Positions 1 to 11,034 of a stretch of DNA of 64,000 nt are shown in pieces (positions within the stretch are counted from its first letter, which is position 1; the number at the start of each line of letters is the position of its first letter). The stretch covers positions 2,532 through 66,531 of the forward strand of contig JAYENL010000173.1 in the NCBI GenBank assembly GCA_034722055.1, in the 5' to 3' direction. The notes below the pieces were generated by a model that was not told the DNA's origin, made no database searches, and worked only from the letters and a program-made list of their open reading frames with translations. The position numbers and the translations under genes were made by a program. This DNA comes from Armatimonadota bacterium. GTDB taxonomy: Bacteria > Armatimonadota > Zipacnadia > Zipacnadales > UBA5352.

Positions 1-4
1 TGAG

Positions 5-2242
5 GTGCAGGTGCAGCTCTCGGCCGACCGCGATGCTCTGGCAGCCGCGGAGCCGCTGATGCGCGAGGCCGGCCAGTTGGTGGTGGAGGCGGGTGAGGAG
101 GCTCCGGTCATCGCCGCCGAGGTGGCGGCGTCGGTGCCGCTGCCGGAGCTGCCGAGGCCGCTGCTGTTCGCGTCACAGGCCGAGATCGACCGGGCGCTGC
201 AGCGCGCGAAGACCTATGACTGGGCCCGGGAGCGGGTGGAGGGCATCATTGAGACCGGCGAGCAGGAGCTTGAGCGCGAGGTGGATGTGCCCGACGAGCC
301 GGGCCAGTGGGGCCACCACTACGTCTGCAAGGAGTGCGGTGTGGGGCTGAAGGCCGAGAGCCCCACGCGGCACGTCTGCCCCCGGTGCGGGAGGGTCTAC
401 ACCGGCTGGCCCTACGACCAGGTCTACATCTCGCGCATCCACCATGGCCTGACCGGCGCCGTCCACCGCCTGGGCCTGGCCTACGCCTTCACCGGGGACC
501 GGCGCTTCGCCGAGAAGGCCCGCGAGATCCTCCTGGCCTACGGCCACAAGTACCGGGAGTTCCCCCTGCATAACGTCCGCGGTCACGAGTCCCGCTCCGC
601 TGGCCGGCTCTACGCGCAGACGCTGGACGAGGCCGTGGACATCATCAGGGTCTGCTGGGGCTACGACCTCATCTACGACAGCGGCGTGTTCAGCGACGAG
701 GACCGCGAGATCATCGAGGAGGGCTACCTGCGGGCCGTCGCCGAGACGGTGCGGCGCAACGATGCCGGCAAGAGCAACTGGCAGACGTGGCACAACGCCG
801 GGCTGGCGGCCATCGGCTTCTGCCTGCGCGACCCGGAGCTGGCATCGCTGGCGATCAACGGGCCCCATGGCATGCGCTACCAGCTCGACGCCTCCGTGCT
901 CCCCGACGGCTTCTGGTACGAGGGCACCGCGGCCTATCACTTCTACGCGCTCAATGCTCTGCGCTGGACCGCCGAGGCCGCGCTGCACTCCGGCATCGAC
1001 TTCTACCGCGATCCCCGCTACGAGTCGCTGTTCGAGGCGCCGCTGCTCTACGTCTTCCCGAACCTGACCTTCCCGGCGGTCAATGACAGTGATGTGATGT
1101 CCCTGCTGGGGCGGGACGAGCTCTACGAGCTGGCCTACGCCCGGTTTGGCGACGAGAAGTACGCCACAGTGGCGCAGGCGGGGAACCGGTCGAGTCTGGA
1201 GGCGCTGCTGTGGGGCGTCGAGGAGCTGCCGCCGGCCCCGCCGCTGGAGCTGCCCAGCCGGGACTTCGAGGGCCTCGGCGCGGCCGTGCTGCGCGCGGGT
1301 ATGGGCGACGATCAGGCCTACCTGCACCTGGACTACGGCCCCCACGGCGGCGGCCACGGGCATCCCGACAAGCTCACGCTGATCCTCTTCGCCCTGGGCC
1401 GGGAGCTGGCGCCCGACCCGGGCCGGCTGGCTTATGGCGCGCCCCTGCACGGACAGTGGTATCGGCAGACGGTGGCGCACAACACGCTGGTGGTGGACGA
1501 GCGCAGCCAGCGGCCCGCCGAGGGGACGCTGACGCTGTTCCATGATGGCGCGGTCGCGAAGATCGCTCGGGCCACCTGCGACACCGCCTATCCCGGCGTC
1601 GAGATGCGCCGGACGGTGGTGCTGACTGAGGGACTGCTTCTGGACGTGGTGGAGGCGGAGAGCGACGAGGAGCATGTCTATGACTGGGCATGGCATAACG
1701 TGGGCGAGATGGCGCCTGGGCTTGAGACCGAGCCGGTGGACGGCCGCATCGCTGAGGACGCCGGCTATCAGCACATCACCGACCTGCACCGCGCGGACGG
1801 CTCAGGCACCTGGCACGCCGACTTCGCGATCCCGCAGACGGGCTCCGTGCGGCTGATGATGCTCGGGGAGCCGGGCACGGAGCTGCTCTTCGGCACCGGA
1901 CTGCTGGGTCGGGGTGTGGAGCCCTGTCCCATGGTCCTCGCGCGCCGCAGAGGGCGGCACGCGAGATGGGTCTCGGCGGTGGAGTGGCGCAAGCCGCGCG
2001 AGGGGCTGACCCTGACCGGGATGCGGCGCCTCCCGGTGAGCATCGACGGCCGCGAGGCGGAGGGCGGCGAGGCGCTGGCGCTGGAGGTGCGGCGTGAGCG
2101 CGGCTCGCAGATGCTGCTGCTGGCGCCCGGTGTGGGCGAGAAGAAGCAGTTCGGCGGCGTGACGACGGAGGCGGACATCTGTTACGTTGCGCTGCGCGAC
2201 GGCGACGTGGTGGCGATGGAGCACATTGATCTTCCTTACTGA
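5..2242 (+). CDS. Heparinase II/III-like family protein with an internal C4 zinc ribbon (CKECG...CPRCG). The 5' end is truncated by the window edge.
   Basis: The frame is open from the window start. The conserved Hepar_II_III-type block DYGPHGGGHGHPDKLTLILF and an alginate-lyase-like region are visible. The stop codon is TGA at 2240-2242. Confidence 0.75.
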   Translation: MQVQLSADRDALAAAEPLMREAGQLVVEAGEEAPVIAAEVAASVPLPELPRPLLFASQAEIDRALQRAKTYDWARERVEGIIETGEQELEREVDVPDEPGQWGHHYVCKECGVGLKAESPTRHVCPRCGRVYTGWPYDQVYISRIHHGLTGAVHRLGLAYAFTGDRRFAEKAREILLAYGHKYREFPLHNVRGHESRSAGRLYAQTLDEAVDIIRVCWGYDLIYDSGVFSDEDREIIEEGYLRAVAETVRRNDAGKSNWQTWHNAGLAAIGFCLRDPELASLAINGPHGMRYQLDASVLPDGFWYEGTAAYHFYALNALRWTAEAALHSGIDFYRDPRYESLFEAPLLYVFPNLTFPAVNDSDVMSLLGRDELYELAYARFGDEKYATVAQAGNRSSLEALLWGVEELPPAPPLELPSRDFEGLGAAVLRAGMGDDQAYLHLDYGPHGGGHGHPDKLTLILFALGRELAPDPGRLAYGAPLHGQWYRQTVAHNTLVVDERSQRPAEGTLTLFHDGAVAKIARATCDTAYPGVEMRRTVVLTEGLLLDVVEAESDEEHVYDWAWHNVGEMAPGLETEPVDGRIAEDAGYQHITDLHRADGSGTWHADFAIPQTGSVRLMMLGEPGTELLFGTGLLGRGVEPCPMVLARRRGRHARWVSAVEWRKPREGLTLTGMRRLPVSIDGREAEGGEALALEVRRERGSQMLLLAPGVGEKKQFGGVTTEADICYVALRDGDVVAMEHIDLPY

Positions 2243-2266
2243 CGCGGCTGATGGAGGGCGAAACTC

Positions 2267-4543
2267 ATGCGAACGCTTGTGCTGATGGTGGCCGTGCTGG
2301 TTGCGGGCTGCGGGACGCAGGCCGAGATGACGCTGGCGACCGGCGGCGAGACGAGCTACGCGGTGGTGGTCGATCCTGAGGCCACCGTGGCCGAGAAGCA
2401 CGCCGCCGATGAGCTGTCGAGCTTCCTCGGGCAGGTCACCGGCGCGGAGTTCGAGGCCGTGGAGAGCGCGCGGCCGCTGCGCAGGCCATGCCTGGTCGTG
2501 GGGCCGGGGAGGGCGGCGCGAGAGATTGCGCCGGATCTGGGCTACGATGATCTGTCCCCTGACGGGATCGTCATCGAGACGCGTGGCAACAACCTCGTTC
2601 TTGCGGGAGACCGCCCGCGGGGGACGCTCTACGCCGTGTACACCTTCCTGGAGGACGTGGTCGGCTGCCGCTGGTGGTCCTCGACGGCCAGCACGATTCC
2701 GGAGCGCCCGGACCTCACAGTGCCCGACCAGCACGTGCGCTACGTCCCGCCCCTGGAGTATCGCGAGGTCTTCTGGTGGGACGCCTTCGACGGCGACTGG
2801 GCGGTGCGCAACAAGAGCAACGGCCACCGCGCGCGGCTCGACGAGCAGCGCGGCGGCAAGGTGACCTACGCGGGCTTCTTCGTGCACACCTTCCGGCAGC
2901 TCGTGCCCGACACGCACTTCGCCGAGCATCCGGAGTGGTTCAGCGAGCGCAACGGGCGGCGCATCGGCGGCGAGGGAGCTCGCACGCAGCTCTGCCTCAC
3001 CAATGACGAGGTGCTGAACCTGACCATCGAGCGCGTCCGCCAGCGCCTCAGGGACCACCCGGATGCCATGATCGTGTCGGTGTCGCAGAACGACTGGGAC
3101 AACCACTGCCTGTGCGCGCAGTGCCGGGCGCTGGAGGAGGCCGAGGGCTCCCCGGCCGGCCCCCTGCTGCGCTTCGTCAACAGCGTCGCCGAGGCGATCG
3201 GACCGGACTACCCTGACGTCGCGATTGACACCCTGGCCTATCACTACACCCGCAAGCCGCCTAGCCAGACGGTGCCCCTGCCCAACGTCATCGTCCGCCT
3301 GTGCAGCATCGAGTGCAGCTTCCTGCAGCCACTGGCGTCGGAGACCAACGCCAGCTTCGGGGACGACATTCGCGGCTGGGACGAGATCTGCGACCGCCTC
3401 TACGTGTGGGACTACACCACGAACTTCGGCCACTACATCCAGCCGCACCCGAACCTGCGCGTGCTGGCGCCGAACGTTCGGTTCTTCGTGGAGCACGGCG
3501 TCAAGGGCATCTTCGAGCAGGGGGCCTACCAGTCACCGGGAGCGGAGCTCGCGGAGCTGAAGGCCTGGATGCTGGCCAAGCTGCTGTGGGACCCCAGCCG
3601 CCAGACGGACGAGCTCATCGAGGAGTTCTGCGACGGCTACTACGGCGCGGCGGGCCCCTTCATGCGGGAGTACATCAAGCTGCTGCACGATACCGCTGAG
3701 GCCACCGACCACTACCTGAGCATCGGATCCAGCCCCACCGCTCCCTTCCTGACGCTGGAGCTGATGGGCCGGGCGTGGGAGCTGTTCGACCAGGCGGAGG
3801 CGGCCGTCGCCGACGATCCGGAGGTGCTCAACCGCGTGCAGGTCGCCCGCCTGCCGCTGCGGTACGTGTGGGCGGTGCGCTGGCAGGAGTTCGAGGCTCA
3901 GGCCGAGCAGGAGGGCGTCGAATGGCCCGGTCCGGAGGACTTCGTGACCAACGCGCAGACCTTCATGGATGTCGCCCGCGCCAACGAGATCACCAAGCTC
4001 TCCGAGGGGCGGGCCATCGAGGCCTTCGAGCGGCGGACGATCGGGCTGGGCCGAACCGCATCCCCGCCGCCTCCCGGCTGCGAGGACCTGCCGCGGGAGA
4101 GGTGGATCGACCTGCAGGACCGGACCTTCCGGCTGGCCCATGAGGGCCAGTGGGCCACGCTGGAGCAGGATGAGAGGGCCTCCGACGGCGTGGCCTCGCG
4201 CATGCCTGGCACGCACTACGAGTGGGCGACGCAGCAGGACCTGGCCGTCGCGGGCCTCGACCCGGATGCGACCTACACCGTATACGCCTCCATCCGCTGC
4301 GAGAAGACCGGCGACGAGGGCCTGGCCTTCACGTACGGGGTCTACGACCGCGAGGCTCGCAGCGGCCTCGGTGGCGGGCGCGTCGAGTGCGCCGACGTCC
4401 CCGATGCGGATTACCACACCTACCAGGTGGCGACCGGGAGGCTGCACGACCGCATGTACATCTGGGTGGCGCCGCCCAGGAACCCGGACAATGTGGCGGC
4501 CGTGTGGGTGGACCGCTTCTGGCTCGTGAAGCAGGAACAGTAG
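2267..4543 (+). CDS. Secreted lipoprotein, DUF4838-like (GH20-related fold), 758 aa.
   Basis: SD GGAGGG lies upstream of the ATG. The N-terminus is a signal peptide with a lipobox (LVAGCG). A Cys cluster CLCAQCRALEE and a motif DTLAYHYTRKPP are present. The family assignment is from memory. Confidence 0.6.
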   Translation: MRTLVLMVAVLVAGCGTQAEMTLATGGETSYAVVVDPEATVAEKHAADELSSFLGQVTGAEFEAVESARPLRRPCLVVGPGRAAREIAPDLGYDDLSPDGIVIETRGNNLVLAGDRPRGTLYAVYTFLEDVVGCRWWSSTASTIPERPDLTVPDQHVRYVPPLEYREVFWWDAFDGDWAVRNKSNGHRARLDEQRGGKVTYAGFFVHTFRQLVPDTHFAEHPEWFSERNGRRIGGEGARTQLCLTNDEVLNLTIERVRQRLRDHPDAMIVSVSQNDWDNHCLCAQCRALEEAEGSPAGPLLRFVNSVAEAIGPDYPDVAIDTLAYHYTRKPPSQTVPLPNVIVRLCSIECSFLQPLASETNASFGDDIRGWDEICDRLYVWDYTTNFGHYIQPHPNLRVLAPNVRFFVEHGVKGIFEQGAYQSPGAELAELKAWMLAKLLWDPSRQTDELIEEFCDGYYGAAGPFMREYIKLLHDTAEATDHYLSIGSSPTAPFLTLELMGRAWELFDQAEAAVADDPEVLNRVQVARLPLRYVWAVRWQEFEAQAEQEGVEWPGPEDFVTNAQTFMDVARANEITKLSEGRAIEAFERRTIGLGRTASPPPPGCEDLPRERWIDLQDRTFRLAHEGQWATLEQDERASDGVASRMPGTHYEWATQQDLAVAGLDPDATYTVYASIRCEKTGDEGLAFTYGVYDREARSGLGGGRVECADVPDADYHTYQVATGRLHDRMYIWVAPPRNPDNVAAVWVDRFWLVKQEQ

Positions 4544-4570
4544 CGTCCGTCGGACGCTGGAGGGATTGAG

Positions 4571-6874
4571 ATGCAAGGAACCGGGCTGGCCTGGAGGGTG
4601 GGCCTCCTCGTCACATTCGTGGCGGTGGCGCCGCACGCGCCCGCCGCCGAGAACCTGGCGCGAGGACAACCCTACACGCTGGTTCCGGCGCCGAGCTACT
4701 CCCTGTGCACCGATGAGGGCGACCTGCAGCAGCTCACCGACGGGCGGCTCGCCGCCGACGACCAGCAGATGTGGGTCCAGGAGGGGTGCGTGGGCTGGAA
4801 GCTGCCCGTGGACGGGGAGGCCGAGGTCATCGTGGACCTGAGCCAGGTCCAGGCCATCAGCGCCATCCGCTTCCGCAGCGCCTCGGGGCCCAACGCCGAC
4901 GTCTATCTGCCATCGGCGACCTTCGCGGTCGGCCGGGACCGCTCGACCTTCCGGGTGGTCGGTCGGGTGAACACGCGTCACGACCGGCAGCTCGCCCGGC
5001 GGTGGATCGGCGTGGAGGACCTGAGGGCCGCCGGGCGCTTCGTCATGGTGCGGCTGCGGGCCAACGGAGTGTTCGCCTTCCTCGACGAGGTGCAGGTGCT
5101 GGCGGGGGAGCACGACGTGGCGGCAGTACAGCCGGACCGTGAGGCGGAGGTGCTCCAGCCGCTGCAGGAGGCGGTCGAGCGCACTCCCCTGCAGCGGCGG
5201 CTTCTGCGCGACCTGGCGATGATACGCGGACGGGTACAGGGTTCGGGCATGCTGGCAGAGCAGGAGTTGCTGAGGCGCCTCGACGAGCTGGAGGGGCGGA
5301 TCGAGGCGGTGGATGAGACTACGGGCGAGGAGGCTGACGCGGCCGAGGCGGCGGTGGCGGAGGTCCACGCCGACCTGTTGGGGATGGTGCGTGGCGACGC
5401 GTCTGTAGTGGCCTGGAGGGCTGAGCCCTACGCTCCGCTCTCACCCCGAGAGCTGCAGCCGCTGGAGCACGAGAGCGAGATCGAGATCGTGCTGGCGCGC
5501 AACGCCCACGCCTCGGCGGCGGTGAACATCCAGAACCTGACCGACGGGGAGGTGGAGGTCCCCGTTCGGCTGGAGGGCCTCGAGGAGCTGGTTACGCTGC
5601 GGGAGGCGCGCTTCATCCCCACTCGCCAGGGCAACCTGCTGGCAGATGCACTGCCGTTGGTGGATGACGGGGCGATCACCCTTCCGCCGCATGAGACGGG
5701 TCAGGTGTGGCTGAGCGTGGCCAGCGCCGAGACTCCGCCGGGCCGGTATGAGGGCGCGCTGTCGATAGATGCCGCCTCCCCGCGTGCGGTCCCAGTCGCG
5801 GTCACGGTGACCGAAGCGCGCATCCCCGACGATGTGCCCATCGCCACCTACTCCTGGCAGTACCTGGACACCTGGCCGGCGCTGCAGGGCATCGAGAAGG
5901 AGGCCATCGCGGACCTGCTGGCCCATCACACCAACGTGACCGTGCTCACCAGCAACAGCGCGCCCTGGCCCCAGGAGGTGGATGAGGAGGGCAACCTGGT
6001 GGGCGACCTGGACTTCGCCGAGCACGACCGCGTGGTGGAGCTGTGCCGCCCGATGAGCCGGCGCGGCATCATGTGGTTCTGCGGCTTCCACGGCGGCCAG
6101 CCCGGCTTCCGGGAGTTCGAGTGGATGGACGAGCGCTGGAGGCGCCTGTTCGGGCAATGGCTGCGAGCCTGGGTAGCGCACCTGCACGAGATCGGGATCG
6201 GCTACGATGACTTCATCTTCTACCCGCTGGACGAGACTATCGACGAGAAGTTCGTCGAGATCGCGGGGCTGACTCGCGAGGTGGACCCCAAGGTCCGGAT
6301 CTTTGCGGATCCGCTGGCCAGGGACTCCGATGCCCGCCTCCGCCAGGCGCTGCCGCTGGTGGATGTGTGGTGCCCGAACCTGGATGCCTACCAGCGCCGG
6401 CCGGAGCAGCTTGCCATGATCCGCGACACTGGCGCGACCGTCTGGTCATACATGGTGGGCCGCCGCGAGAGGCCGCCGCTCGAGTACCGGCTCCACCTGT
6501 GGCGGGCCTGGCGGGATGGTGCCACCGGCGCCGGCTTCTGGACCTACGCGCAGGGCGGGGACTGGCGGGATGATGACCTGTGGGATGACTTCAGCGGCAG
6601 GGGCTCGGACTACGGGGTCATCTACACGCTCAACGGGGCGCCCGAGGATGTCACCCGCGCCGAGCAGATCATCCCGGGCAAGCGCTGGGAGGCGTGGCGG
6701 GAGGGCATCGAGGACTGGGTCTGCCTGTGGCTGCTCGACCGGGAGCTGGAAGCGGGCGGTGGAGACCGGGAGTGGCTGCAGGCCACGGTCGGTGAGGTGC
6801 TGGCGGCGCCCGATGATCCGTCCCGCGCGAGCGAGGCCCGCGCCCAGGTGCTCCAGCGCCTGGCCGGGGGCTGA
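4571..6874 (+). CDS. Secreted protein with a DUF4091-like (GH123-related) C-terminal region, 767 aa.
   Basis: SD GGAGGG and a signal peptide are present. The C-terminal W-rich block (WSYMVGRRERPPLEY...WEAWREGIEDWVCLWLL) is paralogous to the C-terminus of the frameshifted gene at 28655-31241. Confidence 0.5.
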   Translation: MQGTGLAWRVGLLVTFVAVAPHAPAAENLARGQPYTLVPAPSYSLCTDEGDLQQLTDGRLAADDQQMWVQEGCVGWKLPVDGEAEVIVDLSQVQAISAIRFRSASGPNADVYLPSATFAVGRDRSTFRVVGRVNTRHDRQLARRWIGVEDLRAAGRFVMVRLRANGVFAFLDEVQVLAGEHDVAAVQPDREAEVLQPLQEAVERTPLQRRLLRDLAMIRGRVQGSGMLAEQELLRRLDELEGRIEAVDETTGEEADAAEAAVAEVHADLLGMVRGDASVVAWRAEPYAPLSPRELQPLEHESEIEIVLARNAHASAAVNIQNLTDGEVEVPVRLEGLEELVTLREARFIPTRQGNLLADALPLVDDGAITLPPHETGQVWLSVASAETPPGRYEGALSIDAASPRAVPVAVTVTEARIPDDVPIATYSWQYLDTWPALQGIEKEAIADLLAHHTNVTVLTSNSAPWPQEVDEEGNLVGDLDFAEHDRVVELCRPMSRRGIMWFCGFHGGQPGFREFEWMDERWRRLFGQWLRAWVAHLHEIGIGYDDFIFYPLDETIDEKFVEIAGLTREVDPKVRIFADPLARDSDARLRQALPLVDVWCPNLDAYQRRPEQLAMIRDTGATVWSYMVGRRERPPLEYRLHLWRAWRDGATGAGFWTYAQGGDWRDDDLWDDFSGRGSDYGVIYTLNGAPEDVTRAEQIIPGKRWEAWREGIEDWVCLWLLDRELEAGGGDREWLQATVGEVLAAPDDPSRASEARAQVLQRLAGG

Positions 6875-7053
6875 GGGAGGAATCCGGCGTCCCCGTGAGG
6901 GATAGACGACCTCCGGCACTGACCCAGAGGCCGCACAACCGAAGGGGCTGATCTGCCGTAGGGGATCCCGCCGTCTCCGCGCGAGCTGACGAGCATACCA
7001 TCGGCGCGCCCGAGCGCACCGGCCTGACTCCCCGCGCTATCGCCATCGCCTTC

Positions 7054-8946
7054 GTGCTGGTGATCGGGTTCACGGTGGCCGGGTGCTTCTCGGTGTTCCT
7101 GCGCTACGAGATCATCGGCACGGGCTATCTGCCCCGTGGCGCGGTGGCGCTGATGCTGGCCCTGGTGGCGGCGAACGGCGTGCTGCGGGGCGTCAAGTGG
7201 CTGCGCATCCCGCCGCTGACTGCCGAGGAGCTGCTGCTGATCTTCCTGCTGCTGATGGTGGTGGGGGCCATCGCGGGACAGGAGTACGCCCAGCACTTCT
7301 ACCTCAACATCATCGGCATCGTCTACTACGCCACGCCCGACATCGCGCCCCCCGAGCTGTATCTGCAGGACATCAATCCGCTGCTGCTGCCGGCTGACGA
7401 CCCCGCCGACCCCGTGGCCGTGTGGGCGCACGAGGGCCTTCCGCCGGGGCAGGGCACCCCGTGGCGGGCGTGGGTGAGGCCGCTGCTGCTGTGGACGCCG
7501 TTCCTGTTGGCGGTCTACTTCATGGTGCTGTGCTTCGCCGCCACCGTAGCATGGCGCTGGGAGCGGGAGGAGAAGCTGCTGTATCCGCTGGTCGAGGTGC
7601 CGGTGGAGGTGGCGCAGGGCGAGCCGGCCTGGTACTCGTCGATCTTCCGCGACCCGCTGCTGTGGCTGGCATTCGCCCTGCCGTGCCTGCATTACACCAT
7701 AAAGGGCCTGCACGGCTACTGGCCGGCGATCCCCTATGTGGACCTGGAGCCCCGACTGCGGACGCGCTTCTCGGGACCGTGGGCGGCCTTCAACGGCGTC
7801 CTGATGTTCATCCGCTTCGACATGATCGGCATCGCCTACCTGCTGGCGGGCGAGGTGGGCTTCTCGCTGTGGTTCTTCTTCTGGCTCCGGCGTATCCACC
7901 AGTTCGTCCGGCTGGCCTTCGGCGTGAGGACCAGCCACCATCGGTTCTTCGAGTTCCAGTCTCTGGGCGGCTACCTGCTGCTGGCCGGCGCGCTGCTGTA
8001 CTCGGCCCGCCATCACCTGCACCGCGCCATCGGCGTGGCCTTTGGCGGACTGCGGCGCGACCCGGACGCGTCGGACATCGGCGAGCCCTACCGCGTAGCG
8101 GTGCTGGGCTTCATGGGGGCGCTGGTCTTCGTGGTGTGGTGGTGCAGCTACTTCGGGATGGAAACCGTCTGGGCGATCGCCGAGTACCTGCTGTTCCCGG
8201 TGGTGGGCATGGTCGTCGCGCGGGTGATCTGCGAGGCCGGCATGTTCATCTACAGCTCCCCGTTCGGCGGCTACACGGCCGGCTACAATGAGGCGCTGTT
8301 CAAGGTCTTCGGCACCCAGCGCATCGGCTCCAAGAACGTGACGCTGCTGACCATGACGAGCTGGTGCCAGATCCGCTCCACCGCGACGCAGAACATGGCG
8401 GCGGCCTTCCAGAGCTATCGCATCGGCTCCAGGATCGAAGCGCCGCGACTGAACGTGATGCTGCTGGCGCTGGGGGCCGTCGCCCTGGCGATTCTGGCCT
8501 GCCACGTGACTGCGCCCTATGTCATCTATACCTGGGGCGTGCCGAAGCTGGCGCCCTGGCCCAGCAGGTCCGCCCTGAATGCGGCCACGAGCCTCTCCCG
8601 GTTCATCAAGACCCCGACGGAGATGGGCGGCGAGGACTGGCTGGGGCTGGGCCTTGGCGCTGGCAGCACGTGGGCGCTGTTCGCGCTGCGGCGGCGGTTC
8701 GTGTGGTGGCCGCTGCACCCGCTGGGCTTCGTCACCTGGCTGGGCTGGCCCATCGACCGCTACTGGACCTCGATCTTCATCGGCTGGCTGATCAATGTCA
8801 CGGTGACGCGCCTGGGCGGTTTCCGCATCTTCCGCCGGCTGCGTCCGGCGGCCTTCGGGCTGATCCTGGGGATGAACGTCATCTTCACCATGTGGCTGCT
8901 GATCCACTTCATCTGGCCCGGCCCGCCGGCGATCATGATCGACTGA
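7054..8946 (+). CDS. Polytopic integral membrane protein of unknown function (>=12 predicted TM helices).
   Basis: Long hydrophobic segments run throughout. The ORF track uses a GTG start at 7054; the frame is open further upstream, so the true start is uncertain. Confidence 0.55.
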   Translation: MLVIGFTVAGCFSVFLRYEIIGTGYLPRGAVALMLALVAANGVLRGVKWLRIPPLTAEELLLIFLLLMVVGAIAGQEYAQHFYLNIIGIVYYATPDIAPPELYLQDINPLLLPADDPADPVAVWAHEGLPPGQGTPWRAWVRPLLLWTPFLLAVYFMVLCFAATVAWRWEREEKLLYPLVEVPVEVAQGEPAWYSSIFRDPLLWLAFALPCLHYTIKGLHGYWPAIPYVDLEPRLRTRFSGPWAAFNGVLMFIRFDMIGIAYLLAGEVGFSLWFFFWLRRIHQFVRLAFGVRTSHHRFFEFQSLGGYLLLAGALLYSARHHLHRAIGVAFGGLRRDPDASDIGEPYRVAVLGFMGALVFVVWWCSYFGMETVWAIAEYLLFPVVGMVVARVICEAGMFIYSSPFGGYTAGYNEALFKVFGTQRIGSKNVTLLTMTSWCQIRSTATQNMAAAFQSYRIGSRIEAPRLNVMLLALGAVALAILACHVTAPYVIYTWGVPKLAPWPSRSALNAATSLSRFIKTPTEMGGEDWLGLGLGAGSTWALFALRRRFVWWPLHPLGFVTWLGWPIDRYWTSIFIGWLINVTVTRLGGFRIFRRLRPAAFGLILGMNVIFTMWLLIHFIWPGPPAIMID

Positions 8947-9188
8947 CGCGCCCCTCGCGTCCTCGGGCCGGGGCAGGCTCCGACCCAGTCTCTGGCAGTC
9001 TCAGGAGGGGCCGTTCCGAGCGTGGCCGCCCCAGCGGCGCGAGCAGTAAGGCCCGCCAGAGCCGAAGGTTCCCTCCTGCGCTCAGGCGGCCACTCCATGG
9101 TGGCAGCAGACGCGCCACCGTGACGCGGCATGATCCGCGAGCCTCTGCTGGTCAGCACTGGCTGCGAGCGGCACGGCGGGTCCGGTCC

Positions 9189-10841
9189 CTACTGTGTGGC
9201 GTCAGCCTCAGGAGCGGCCTCCTCGCCGGCCGCCCGCGGCTCGCCGACGGTGAACGTGAGCTGCTCCTCGCCCAGGACCGTGTCGCCCTCGGTCATGCTG
9301 ATCTCGAAGCGGTAGTCGCCATCGCCCGGCAGGTCGGGCCGGAAGGGGAAGTGGGCGGTGCTGCGCGGGGCGATGCGGATGGCACGGTCCTCGCTGTCAA
9401 CCTCGTGCTCATCGGCGGTCACCACCCGCATCCGGGCGGTGGACTGCAGCTCGCGTTCGGTGTTGTTGATGGCCGAGATGAAGATGCTCACCTGGCGCGC
9501 CTCAGGGAAGACAGTCTGGGCGCCGGCTCCCCGCACCTGCAGCGTGAAGGGTTTTGTGCGCCAGGCCGGCACCTTCCTCCGAGCCTGCGCCACGCGCAGG
9601 TCCATCGCCCCCTCGGCCATGATGCGGCCGTCAGCGACGAGCGTGACGATCAGCCGGTAGTCGCCGGCGACCTGCAGCTTGGGCCTCACGGGCAGTGAGG
9701 AGAAGCTGCGGGGGCCGATGCTGACGCTTCGCGCCTCACTGTGGACGGTCTTCCCCTGCGCGTCGCACACTGTGATCTGTGCAGCGGCATCCAGCGCCTG
9801 GCGGGTGCTGTTCTCCAGCGAGACGAACACGCTGACACCGCCGGGGTCCTCGAAGCTCGTGCGTCCGCCGACGCCGCTGAGCTGCAGCGTCATGGGCCTC
9901 GGTCGGGCCGCCAGATCGGTGGGAATCGGGGCCACCACGCCCGGTCCCGCGATTGTCAAGAGCTGCAGATCGGCCGCCCGCGGCAGGAGGCTCAACCGTG
10001 GGGTAAGCGCCTCGGCGCCAGGGCATGACTCGCCGCCGGCTCGCTCAAGCTCGCCCTGGAAGAGGACAGTTGTGCCGCCAGGCTCCAGGAACCGGTAAAG
10101 CAGGTGCACCGCCTGGGCCGGCGGGACGATCGCCGAGATTCGGTGCGGAGAGGACACATCCACGCGGACGGGCGGGGTGACCCATACTCGCTCGTCGTCG
10201 GTCTCGCTGCTCACCGATATCCGGCGCCAGGCCGAGCCGCAGCGGACGGCCGCCGGCAGCAGGTTCGCCATGCTCAGCGGTTCTCGCGTGGGGGGCGAGA
10301 CCCACTGAGGTGCCCCCTGCCCGGGCGCAGTCAGCGTCACCTCATCCAGCCCCAGCGCGACGCGCTCCTTGCTCAGCCCAGCCACGACGCGCAGCGAGGA
10401 GGTCCCCGGCGGGATGTCCGCCGCGGCCAGCTCATACTCCCAGCGCGCCTTTCGCCACGCGTCGTGGGGCTCCAGCGCTGCCTGCTCCACCGGCCCGACG
10501 GCCCTGCCAATGGCGTCACACGGCTCCAGGCCCACCCAGGCGCCCTCGCCGGAGGCGTGATAGGCGAACTCCAACGCGACGGTCAGCCCCGCACTGACCG
10601 GCAGATACCCGGCGCTGCGCAGCTCCATGTCAGGATGGCTATCGGTGGGGAAGACGTGCAGCGAGCGTTCGCCCTGCCACGTATTGTGTCGGACCGTGCG
10701 CCACAGGCCCGTGGCGAGCCAGCCCACGGGCGTGGCGTCGGCTATCATCTCGAAACCGCCGTTGAGCGGGAAGGTGGGCTCACCCGCCGCCTGTGTGGCG
10801 GCGAGGGGGAGGATGAGCAGCATCAGCGCGGCTCTCGACAT
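9189..10841 (-). CDS. Secreted protein with two internal ~100-aa Ig-like repeats, 550 aa.
   Basis: SD AGGAG and a signal peptide MSRAALMLLILPLAATQAAG are present. Two repeats are visible (LQLSGVGGRTSFEDPGG...DLRV and LQVRGAGAQTVFPEARQ...TFTV). Confidence 0.55.
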   Translation of the reverse strand: MSRAALMLLILPLAATQAAGEPTFPLNGGFEMIADATPVGWLATGLWRTVRHNTWQGERSLHVFPTDSHPDMELRSAGYLPVSAGLTVALEFAYHASGEGAWVGLEPCDAIGRAVGPVEQAALEPHDAWRKARWEYELAAADIPPGTSSLRVVAGLSKERVALGLDEVTLTAPGQGAPQWVSPPTREPLSMANLLPAAVRCGSAWRRISVSSETDDERVWVTPPVRVDVSSPHRISAIVPPAQAVHLLYRFLEPGGTTVLFQGELERAGGESCPGAEALTPRLSLLPRAADLQLLTIAGPGVVAPIPTDLAARPRPMTLQLSGVGGRTSFEDPGGVSVFVSLENSTRQALDAAAQITVCDAQGKTVHSEARSVSIGPRSFSSLPVRPKLQVAGDYRLIVTLVADGRIMAEGAMDLRVAQARRKVPAWRTKPFTLQVRGAGAQTVFPEARQVSIFISAINNTERELQSTARMRVVTADEHEVDSEDRAIRIAPRSTAHFPFRPDLPGDGDYRFEISMTEGDTVLGEEQLTFTVGEPRAAGEEAAPEADATQ

Positions 10842-11034
10842 CGGACAGGCTCCTGACCATGACCTCCTGCGGCGTCGCCAGCAGTATAGCCCTTTCGCAG
10901 AATCGTGTCACACGGCGAAGAGCAGGACACGAAGCCAAAGCCGCGAAGAGGCCGGCGAGGCAGCGGCTCTCTGATCGTGGCTTCGGCCGGGAAGGGACTA
11001 CCTGCCTCCGAGCAGTGGCTGACGGCGCGCGGCG